This document shows, in pieces, positions 55,926 to 64,000 of a stretch of 64,000 nucleotides of DNA. The notes below the pieces were generated by a model. The model did no database searches, was not told the origin of the DNA, and saw nothing but the letters and a program-made list of their open reading frames with translations. The stretch comes from a virus, in IMG/VR virus record IMGVR_UViG_3300043675_000007, positions 4,556 to 68,555 of that record; one strand, 5' to 3'. Position 1 is the stretch's first letter. Every line of letters starts with the position of its first letter. The position numbers and the translations under genes are program-made.

Positions 55926-58900
55926 TCAGGCAAATGCCTCCAATGATTCTGAAACGCGGGGGCGCGGCCGCTCGGGCATCGACTCCCACAGTTGGGCGAA
56001 AGCCGGATACCCTGCGGCCCTCAAAGCCGCGACCGCGTCAGGCTTACTCTTCCCCTGCACCAAGCCGCTGATCTTGTCGGCCGCCTCCGCAGCCTTGGCC
56101 TTGTCGGTCTTGATCTCTCCCTGCGTCTCCTTCAAGTGCGTCTTCGCCTTGATGATTTCCTCGCGCAGCTTCTCGGCGCCCTTGACATCGTTGCCCTGCA
56201 TCGCCTGTTTGTAACGGCGGTTGAGGCCCCGCAGGTAGCTTTGCTCTTCCTCGCGGTGCTGATACCGCTCCATCTGTTCGGGCGACGTCACACGCGCCGG
56301 CGCCGGGGTCAACCCGAAATAGGGGGCCGCGGCGAGCGCCTTGCCGCGCGCATCCATCGCACCGGCGCCTACGAACTGCTTGGTGCCTTGAATTGAGAAG
56401 GGCACCACCTCGCGCCCAGCGTATGCCGCGCTTTCCTTGAGCTGCGTCCAGAAGTCCTGATCAGAGGTGCGGATGGCATTGCCGTAGAAGTCCTCGTTCG
56501 CATAGATCGCGTGGATGATCCCGAAGACCGGATTCGCCTTGTTGATCAGCGTGGTCATCGGCTGGGTGCCGTACTCGTACAGATCCTTGGTATAGGCAGG
56601 CAGCGACATGCGCTCCGGCGTGCCGTACTTGGTTTGGCGCCCGGTCGGCGGAAAGAAGTAGTCCTTGGTGTCCTTCGGATTCTTGCCGGTGAAGAGGCGC
56701 GTGAGCATGGCGCCGATGATCATGGTCACGGCGAGCAAGCCGATGGTGTAGGGGATCTTGTGCCCGACCTTATCGGCAATGCGGTTGAGCAGGCCCTTCG
56801 CACGTATGTACTCGAGGCGCTCCGGCGCATCGTTCACCAGGCCCGCTTCCGGCAGCTCGGGCGGGGCGCCGCGGGCGAGGTAGTCCAGGAGCTTCACCAC
56901 ATCGACGGGCGCACCGCCCAACTCGCGCACGGTGCCTAAGTTCCAACCCACCGCGCGCACCGCCATGTGGTTCACTTCCTTGAACGTGCGATTCCAGAAA
57001 AGATTGTCGTACACCATCTCGCCCAAGCGATTGTCGACCGAGTCCCAAATCTTCTGCATCGCATTGGCGAAGTCGATCGGGTTCTCATCCGGATTGCGCC
57101 GGATGTGATCGCGGGCAAGGTCCGAGAACACGCCCAGTTTCTGCAAGGGGACGATGTGCTCCATGATGATCGAGGTCGATGCGCGCACGGTGCGCCCGGC
57201 TACCTCGAGGGGGACCTGCAGCGCGGGAATTGAGGACTCATGCCACATCTGTTCAAGATCGCGCCACAGCCGCGTCGCGTACTCGCGCGGAAAACTCGCC
57301 AAGGCCTTGCCGGTGTCGGCGACCTTGCTCTGAGACTGGGTCATGATCTGGCGGATCTCGGAGGCGAGTCCTGCAAACCCCACGCCTTTGAACGGGGATT
57401 GGCCCTGGCCGGCCATGTAGTAGGTGTCCATTTTTACCCGGCCGCCGGCGGCGGTGAGGCCCTCGATGATCTTCTGCATCAAAGGATCGGCCGCCCCAAC
57501 GTTGGTATAGGCCTTGCGCAGTGCCATGCCGCGCTTCAAGTTCATGCCGGCGCCGCCGAGGAAGGTTGAGGCCTCGAGCCACGCGCGCACCGCTCCGATC
57601 GGCTCCCCGTGCAACAGCCGCTCAACGCCCAAGGCCGCCTTGGAGACGACCGCATCTAAGGTGGTGAAGCCTAAATGGAAAGCCGAGAAACCCAACTGGA
57701 GCGGGGTAACCACGTTGGTGAGCGATCGGAACAGCTGCGCGGGAATAAAGTTGCGCAGGGCTGATTCGCCCAGGTGGTTATTAATGATTCTCCCAGCATC
57801 GGCCGGCATGATGTAGTAGCCGCGGATGACGAAACCCTGCTCGTGCTCACTCCACTGGAGCACACGCCCCACCGCATCCTTGATCTTTACCCACCCCTCC
57901 GGCATGCGCTTCTGCGCGGGGAGGAACTTCGCGAGGCCTTCCTCCTTCAATCGCTGCACGAGCTTGGTGCCGGTGATGAAGCGCTCCATTTCCCGCACCT
58001 TGGCAAATGCCAGGACGAGGGGGTTGGTGCTCACGGGGATCAAGCCCTTTTCGATGCCTTCTTCGGTCGTCGGGATCGTGCGCTGCTTTAGGAAACTCGC
58101 GGGGCCTTTGAGCGGCCGGCTGCCGAAGATCGATGCGAATATCTTTTTCGCGCCGTTCGGATCCTTCCAGATGTGCGGGAAGTAGTTCTCGATGAAGCTC
58201 TCGAGCGCCCCCACGCCAAGATCCTGCACGCGGGTGCGGGTGTCATCGAGCAGATTGCGAATCGCGGTAGCCGCGCTGTCGTGCTCGGGCAGGGGCTGCG
58301 GATCGCCGGCCTCCATCGCATAGATGAAGTTTAGGCGGTCATCGTGCTTGAGCAGGTCGAAGGCCTTGGCGTACTTCTCAAGGTTCGAGAGCGCCTCTTC
58401 GGACTTGTGCGCGAGCTGGCCCAACTCATCGCGGGTGAGATTGGCCGTGGCCTTGGCGAGGTCCGAGACTCCGGAGGGGTCCAGGATGCGCCGGAATGAC
58501 ATCGTGATTTCATTGCCCGGGATGGCCTGCACCGCTTTGCGTCCAAGATCATAGGCGGCGGGGATCACGCCGCGCCTTGGGCCCGGTGCCGCGCTCTTCG
58601 GCCGGCGCTTCAAGAACATCGGTTGCCCAAGCATCAGGGAGTCGCGCATCGCCTGCGTGATCTTCACCATATGTACGGGCAGCGTTTCAGCGCCATTCAC
58701 CGCCTCGAGGGCAGCCTTGGCGGTTGCGAAATCCCGCTTGGTGTCGTCGGGCATGTAAGCCCACCACTTGCCATTCTCGAGCAACACGCCGTAGCCACCG
58801 TCGGACGGCCGCACGGTGAAATTCATCCCGGGATTCTGGGCGGCATGGTCCCTGGCCACGGATTCGACTCTATCCATGGACACGTTGTGTGATTGCGGGA

Positions 58901-61900
58901 AGCTATCGGCGCTGTGCGCGAGGACATCAAACGCTTGACTGCCGACGCCACCGACTCCGCCGGGCTCAACGCTCGAGCCGAAGCGCTTGACGATCGCCTG
59001 CACCTTCTTCGGCAGGATGTCATCGTAGAAGCCGCGCATGCCGTGGCCGCCGACTTTGAGATCTTTGCCAACCAGCGGGACCAGATCGCCTTCCTCGCCC
59101 TTGGAGATTGCCTTCTGCGCCGCGTCCTTACCGATCCACGTGGCTAGCTTCTCATCGGTGAGGCCGTATTCCTCGCGGATGGTCTTGCCGTCTTTCTTCG
59201 CGACGAAATCATACGTACCGTTTTTGAGGTTCTTGCGCACGTTGATGAGGTCCGCCACGTGCGACATGTTGTAGCGCTCGGCGTTGGTGTCGCCGGTGTC
59301 CCAGGAAAGGGCGTCATACCCATGTTCCGCGGCGTAGCGCAGCATCCGCTTCATCGCGAGCTCCGGCCAACTCGTCTTGAAGGGGGCATTGGGCACGCCT
59401 TCCGACTGCCGTGCATAGAGTTCGGCGTACTCAGAGCGGAAGGTGGCCGCCTGCATCTCATCGCCAGCTTCTTTGGCCGTCGCAATGTCGTGCAGGAAAG
59501 CCTTGGCTTTGGCCTTGTACTCCAGCCGCGGAATCCGGTAGCCCACGCGCCGGCCAGCTTGGTGCCAGTCGGATTGCACCTCGTGGACGTGAAGAATCTT
59601 TTCCCCGTTCGGGCCCGTGCGATCGTCAAAGCGCACGTGCGCCAGGACGTTCTTCTCGGTCCAGTGGCTCGATCGGTACAGCATGTCCGGCTCGAACTTG
59701 GCGCCGAGCTCGAGGCGCCGCGCCTCGGCTTCCTCGCGAGTCGCGTGCAGGCTTGATTGCAGACCAGGGGCGTCCACCCGGAACTTGCCATTGGGCAGTT
59801 CGGTGATATTGCCGTGTGGGGTGATGTCTGGTTCCTGATCGGGCAGCGTCATCAGGAGCTCGCGGTAGTTAGTACCGCCAGGCGTCGCATGCCCCTCGTA
59901 CTTCACCGGCGCCATATCGCCTTGGCGCAGGCTGTCGAGCAGATCGCGCGCGGCCGAAGAGACATCACCGTCAGCCACTTCGCTTGCTACGCCGTTATCG
60001 TCCACCTGCATGAGATACGGCTCGCCGGTGACATCGTCCTCGTGCACCTGAAAGCCGAGTGCTGAGAGCTGGTTGATCACTTGCTCGCTCGATGGGGGCG
60101 TCGTGTAGTCCTTGACGTTCAGCCCCATGCGGTGCAACTGTTCGAGCATATCAGCGGCGTCGGGGCCGCCGTGGAGCAGGACTTCCACCTGGTCACCGTC
60201 AATGTCGCCGTAGCCGTGCTCGGCCATCTGATCATTGATTTCGGTGATTTCTTCGGGATCAATTTTCCGCTGGGCGCCTCCACCGTGCATTACTTCGCCC
60301 AACTGCACGCGGTGGGCATTCACATACTTAGCCACTTCAGCCTTGGACACCTTGCCGCGGCCCTCGAGGAATTCCTTAAGGCCGGTCCACTCGATTTCCG
60401 CCTGCTTGACCCCCGGTGTGTTGCGTAGCGTCGCCTCCCACTCCGCCCCGGTCCCCTTCTCGCGCTTGGCCGAGTCCACCGCCCGGGAAAGCGCCGAGTA
60501 GAAGGTGTCGTGCGGCATGGCGTTGACCGCCGGTCCGCGTTCTTGTGGCATTTCAATGTGATTCTTATTACGTAAAAATGCCTCGAGGTCCCCCAGGGTG
60601 CGCTTAATGAAGGCCTCATCGAACTTCGGCGCCAGTCCCAGCACATTGCGGATCCAATCTCGCAGCATTCCAATCAGACGGTCGATGAAGCGGCGCATGC
60701 GCCCCGGAATCGACTGATCCTTCGAGTACTGCTCACCGTAGTAGGCCAGGGTCTCTTCTGCGGCGATGTACTTGTGGGCTGGGTCGTTGGCGTCGTAGCC
60801 CTTGCCGAATTCGGCCTCCCCGCGTTGCTGCACGTCCGCCGGCATGGCCTTGGCCACGCCATCGAGAATCGCCTGATACGCCGGCTGCGCCCGGTCTCCC
60901 AGCGCGGCGCGCAGGCCGTAGTGGGTGACGTACTCATGGGCCACGATGCCGGCCAACTGGTCTGGTGAGTGCACGCGGCTCGCCACCACGTAAATCTTCC
61001 CAGACTTCGGGTCCAGGAACGCTATCGCCTCGGGGTGAACTCGCCCGGCGAGCTCCTGCATGCCGCGAAGCTGGCCAATGTTGTCCACCACCACGACGGG
61101 TGGGGAAATCGCGAACTTGCGCATAATCGCAAGTACCTGGCTGCGAACGTCTTCCGCGCGCATGCCACTTCCTGTTTTGGCACCGATTCTGTGGGCCACC
61201 TTCGAGGTCCCCATCGCCTTGCCGCCGGCGGCCATCGCCTCGACGCGGTGGGAGGTCGTCTCGAACTTCTGCTCGAGGTCCTCCTGGATGTAATTGACCG
61301 CGCGCTCGAAAGCGGCTCGATCGACGATCGCCCGCATGGTATCGCCGCTCGAAACGAAGTCCCCGGCGATATCGCGCAGGCCCTTGTCGAGAAAGTACTT
61401 GCCGCCTTCCGCTTTGGATTTCGCCGTCAGGAGCGCGTATTGGCCGTTGCCCCACTTCTGCACGCGCAGCGACCCGTCGCCGGTCGTGAGCACTCCCTGG
61501 CTCGTATTGCCCAGGAATTTTGATACCCCCTCGGCCGGCACCGTAATCGGCGCGGAATCGACGAAGTCTTTCAGCTTGAAGGTGCGCGGCATCAAGATGC
61601 CCTGGCGTACCTCGCCATCATTGCCCTCGAAGTGGATCACCTGCCCGCCGCGCGCCGCGGAGAAGGCGGCGAGTAAGTTGCCGGTCATGATGGTGCGCCG
61701 TTCGCGCGAGACGGTCTGCCCGTCATCGAAGGCCTGTTCGATCGGCTGGCCGGTTAATTGATTGCGCGGCCGCGCCTCCACCACGATCTTGCCCTGCTCA
61801 CCGCCGCGAAGGGACATCTGGCTGAACGGCACCCACATTTGTTTCGAACCGTCGGCGAGGGCAAAGTGCACGGCCCAGGAGCCCAATGCGGTGGGCATCT

Positions 61901-64000
61901 GCACCTGCTTGCGCGCTATGTCAGTGACGATGCCGTAGAGGGTCTGTTCCCCTAAGTTGATTTCGTAACTGCCGCCCAGGTGCACGTGCTCGGCAATCGC
62001 CTGCCACTTATCCTTGACCCCATCGAGCGCGGTGAGCCGGCCCTCGCGCGCGGCCTCTTCCGTGTCTCCTTTCAGCATCTTCGCTTCCTGAGCGTTGCGG
62101 TACTCCTGGTATTCGCCCATCACCTTAGCGATGGTCTTGGTGGCGCGCGCGCGGCCGAGCTCGGCCAGGCGCGGCAGCGCGGAGTCGGGCGGCGCGCTTA
62201 AGTTGCCGGCGACCATCTCGCGCACCTGCTTGCTCGAATACGGCTTGCCGATGCGCTTCACATCCATAGTCTCGGCATGAGAGGGGCCGGCAAACGGGGA
62301 TGCGCCGCTCGCCCCTTCGGTGAGCACTACTTTCTCGAGCGGCTTGGCATCCAGCGGTAAGGTCTTCGCCTCAATAGCGTTCTCACCCATCGCATCGGCT
62401 TGCGCCAGGCGGTTGCGATACCCCTGCTCGATCAGCTCGTAGATGCGCTCCTGCTCGGCCACGGGCAGCATCGGCATGCGCCCGGTGACGCGGCGCGCGG
62501 CATCCTCGCGCGTGTAGCCGGACTCTTCGTCGCTTGAGAGCGGTTCGCCTAAGCGTTCGTGCACTTCGGGCATGTCGGCCATCAACTGCGCCACGACTTC
62601 ATCACCGTATTGGTTAATGAAATCGACCGTCTCACGGCTTGAGAACTGGCTCGAGCGGGCGCCGGTGGTATTGGCGCTCAAGCTCGCCATCTTCTTCGCC
62701 AGTACCGCGGCCGGGCGCTTCTCCGAAGGGATATCGGCCGTCAGTTGATCGTAGGCAGGCTCAATCACCTGGCCGGTGCGGTGCACACGCCCGAGCATCT
62801 GCATGTGCGTGTCGATGTTCCCTTCCGCCTGCGCGATGACCATGCGCCGGCGGCGCTGATCCTTGAATTTCTCGGAGGCGTGCAGCGAAAGACCCGTCGC
62901 GCCCGCCTGGTTGAGCACCAGCGCGTCCAAGCCTCCTTCATTGAAGCCGGTGATGGCCTTGCGTCGCGCGGCAATCGAGGTTTGCGCGCCGGAGCGCGGC
63001 CGATAGATGGGCTCGCCCGATTTCTGATACTCGATGGTGTGCTGACGTCCGGTGATTTCCCCCGACGTGTAACCCTCCATCTTCAAGCGGTGGTGTATCC
63101 AGTCGATCGGGGAGAGCGGCACCTTGTCGATATCGGGCGCTGACTCGATGATCTTCTTGGCGCGGTTGTACGCGGACATCCCCATGCCGCCCAAGTGCGA
63201 GTCCTCGAGGCGCAGGCGCGTCTTGTTGCCGTCTTGGTCTTTGATCGTGACCATGCGGGACTTCTCGAGGTAATTGCGCATCAGGTCGCGGAAACCGATG
63301 CCGATGCGATCGCCGCCTTTCAAGTCCGCGCCATCCACGTAATCGCCGATGAAGCTGCCCATGGTATTGGCGAGCGTGATGACCGGCTTTTCGCCGCGCT
63401 TCAAGGCTGCGATCGCGTAGTCGGCGGCCGCATCCGCCTTGAGCGCCAGCAGCATCTGGCTGATCAGGTTGTGCATGACGGAAGTGAAGTTGGTCGATTC
63501 GGCGCCGGCCGCGCCAACAGAACCATCCTCACTCACCGATTTCGCGTCGCGCTTGGCCTCCTGCTTCATCGCCTGCACCGCCGCGGCCTTGGTATCGTCG
63601 AATTCCTTGATGGCCAACATCATGCTCGAGATGGCTTCCGCGGCTTGGCGCGAGACGGGCACCACGGGGGTGTTGTATTCAACGCCCGCGAAGGACCGTT
63701 CGCGGCGGATGTACTGACCGGACTTCGCCAGCATCGAGGCGACCACCTGTTGCAGCGGCACGCCGCCGGCGGCGATCGCGGCGGGCAGCTTCTCCACATT
63801 GCCCTTCACCGCCAGGCGCATGTCCGTCTTGCCGTACAGGTCCATCACGCTCGGGCGCTTCGCGTACGTGGCACTCGAGTAAAAGGTACCCGCGGCCTGG
63901 CCGGACAAGCCACGGGCGAAAGCGGCGCGGCCGGTTTTGGCGCTGCCACCATCCATCTCTTCCTCTTTCTTGTTGCGTCGGCTCGCATCGGAGCCGCCGG
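55926..64000 (-). CDS. C-terminal >2,690 aa of a giant polyvalent virion protein: SF2 Strawberry-notch-type helicase, zincin-like domain and further domains (partial, enters from the right edge)
   Basis: The frame is open from the edge (GGSDASRR...). Helicase motifs SSAT (III), NQAGATGLSLHA and QMLGRVHRTGQ (VI). AHEYVTHYGL at about 60910-60945. A further domain with GGTNYRELL...HEVQSDWHQ. Confidence 0.85.
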   Translation of the reverse strand, partial: GGSDASRRNKKEEEMDGGSAKTGRAAFARGLSGQAAGTFYSSATYAKRPSVMDLYGKTDMRLAVKGNVEKLPAAIAAGGVPLQQVVASMLAKSGQYIRRERSFAGVEYNTPVVPVSRQAAEAISSMMLAIKEFDDTKAAAVQAMKQEAKRDAKSVSEDGSVGAAGAESTNFTSVMHNLISQMLLALKADAAADYAIAALKRGEKPVITLANTMGSFIGDYVDGADLKGGDRIGIGFRDLMRNYLEKSRMVTIKDQDGNKTRLRLEDSHLGGMGMSAYNRAKKIIESAPDIDKVPLSPIDWIHHRLKMEGYTSGEITGRQHTIEYQKSGEPIYRPRSGAQTSIAARRKAITGFNEGGLDALVLNQAGATGLSLHASEKFKDQRRRRMVIAQAEGNIDTHMQMLGRVHRTGQVIEPAYDQLTADIPSEKRPAAVLAKKMASLSANTTGARSSQFSSRETVDFINQYGDEVVAQLMADMPEVHERLGEPLSSDEESGYTREDAARRVTGRMPMLPVAEQERIYELIEQGYRNRLAQADAMGENAIEAKTLPLDAKPLEKVVLTEGASGASPFAGPSHAETMDVKRIGKPYSSKQVREMVAGNLSAPPDSALPRLAELGRARATKTIAKVMGEYQEYRNAQEAKMLKGDTEEAAREGRLTALDGVKDKWQAIAEHVHLGGSYEINLGEQTLYGIVTDIARKQVQMPTALGSWAVHFALADGSKQMWVPFSQMSLRGGEQGKIVVEARPRNQLTGQPIEQAFDDGQTVSRERRTIMTGNLLAAFSAARGGQVIHFEGNDGEVRQGILMPRTFKLKDFVDSAPITVPAEGVSKFLGNTSQGVLTTGDGSLRVQKWGNGQYALLTAKSKAEGGKYFLDKGLRDIAGDFVSSGDTMRAIVDRAAFERAVNYIQEDLEQKFETTSHRVEAMAAGGKAMGTSKVAHRIGAKTGSGMRAEDVRSQVLAIMRKFAISPPVVVVDNIGQLRGMQELAGRVHPEAIAFLDPKSGKIYVVASRVHSPDQLAGIVAHEYVTHYGLRAALGDRAQPAYQAILDGVAKAMPADVQQRGEAEFGKGYDANDPAHKYIAAEETLAYYGEQYSKDQSIPGRMRRFIDRLIGMLRDWIRNVLGLAPKFDEAFIKRTLGDLEAFLRNKNHIEMPQERGPAVNAMPHDTFYSALSRAVDSAKREKGTGAEWEATLRNTPGVKQAEIEWTGLKEFLEGRGKVSKAEVAKYVNAHRVQLGEVMHGGGAQRKIDPEEITEINDQMAEHGYGDIDGDQVEVLLHGGPDAADMLEQLHRMGLNVKDYTTPPSSEQVINQLSALGFQVHEDDVTGEPYLMQVDDNGVASEVADGDVSSAARDLLDSLRQGDMAPVKYEGHATPGGTNYRELLMTLPDQEPDITPHGNITELPNGKFRVDAPGLQSSLHATREEAEARRLELGAKFEPDMLYRSSHWTEKNVLAHVRFDDRTGPNGEKILHVHEVQSDWHQAGRRVGYRIPRLEYKAKAKAFLHDIATAKEAGDEMQAATFRSEYAELYARQSEGVPNAPFKTSWPELAMKRMLRYAAEHGYDALSWDTGDTNAERYNMSHVADLINVRKNLKNGTYDFVAKKDGKTIREEYGLTDEKLATWIGKDAAQKAISKGEEGDLVPLVGKDLKVGGHGMRGFYDDILPKKVQAIVKRFGSSVEPGGVGGVGSQAFDVLAHSADSFPQSHNVSMDRVESVARDHAAQNPGMNFTVRPSDGGYGVLLENGKWWAYMPDDTKRDFATAKAALEAVNGAETLPVHMVKITQAMRDSLMLGQPMFLKRRPKSAAPGPRRGVIPAAYDLGRKAVQAIPGNEITMSFRRILDPSGVSDLAKATANLTRDELGQLAHKSEEALSNLEKYAKAFDLLKHDDRLNFIYAMEAGDPQPLPEHDSAATAIRNLLDDTRTRVQDLGVGALESFIENYFPHIWKDPNGAKKIFASIFGSRPLKGPASFLKQRTIPTTEEGIEKGLIPVSTNPLVLAFAKVREMERFITGTKLVQRLKEEGLAKFLPAQKRMPEGWVKIKDAVGRVLQWSEHEQGFVIRGYYIMPADAGRIINNHLGESALRNFIPAQLFRSLTNVVTPLQLGFSAFHLGFTTLDAVVSKAALGVERLLHGEPIGAVRAWLEASTFLGGAGMNLKRGMALRKAYTNVGAADPLMQKIIEGLTAAGGRVKMDTYYMAGQGQSPFKGVGFAGLASEIRQIMTQSQSKVADTGKALASFPREYATRLWRDLEQMWHESSIPALQVPLEVAGRTVRASTSIIMEHIVPLQKLGVFSDLARDHIRRNPDENPIDFANAMQKIWDSVDNRLGEMVYDNLFWNRTFKEVNHMAVRAVGWNLGTVRELGGAPVDVVKLLDYLARGAPPELPEAGLVNDAPERLEYIRAKGLLNRIADKVGHKIPYTIGLLAVTMIIGAMLTRLFTGKNPKDTKDYFFPPTGRQTKYGTPERMSLPAYTKDLYEYGTQPMTTLINKANPVFGIIHAIYANEDFYGNAIRTSDQDFWTQLKESAAYAGREVVPFSIQGTKQFVGAGAMDARGKALAAAPYFGLTPAPARVTSPEQMERYQHREEEQSYLRGLNRRYKQAMQGNDVKGAEKLREEIIKAKTHLKETQGEIKTDKAKAAEAADKISGLVQGKSKPDAVAALRAAGYPAFAQLWESMPERPRPRVSESLEAFA

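Noticed and set aside
1-64000. CRISPR array, diversity-generating retroelement, tRNA, integrase or transposase
   Set aside because: I saw no regularly spaced direct repeats, reverse-transcriptase motifs, TR/VR pair, cloverleaf or recombinase motifs by eye.

Overview
The window looks like most of the genome of a GC-rich tailed dsDNA phage with podovirus-like gene content. The host is probably a gammaproteobacterium, inferred only from a csrA homologue and sigma70-type promoters. The minus strand carries the late genes: a giant virion/ejection protein (SF2 Strawberry-notch-type helicase plus polyvalent domains), lysis genes, terS/terL, an accessory block (GH71 glucanase, secreted protein, Tat-signal proteins), portal, GroES-like chaperonin, scaffold, major capsid, neck/tail, tail fibres and ejection proteins. 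The giant gene is open at both window edges, consistent with a circular or permuted genome cut inside it. An early/regulatory region (about 31-48 kb) with divergent promoters lies between terL and portal. I recognised no DNA polymerase, primase, replicative helicase, replication initiator, integrase, tRNA or CRISPR array. Main leads: (1) a roughly 620-nt densely structured transcript with a candidate antisense RNA where a replication initiator would be expected; (2) a Tat-signal-fused, circularly permuted fragment of the major capsid protein; (3) one ~65-aa module inserted into three different virion proteins; (4) a candidate +1 frameshift at GGG-UAG joining an FN3-like protein to a LamG-like domain; (5) a sulfotransferase plus Asp/Asn hydroxylase pair in the tail module. 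All family names were recognised by eye and need HMM or structure confirmation.
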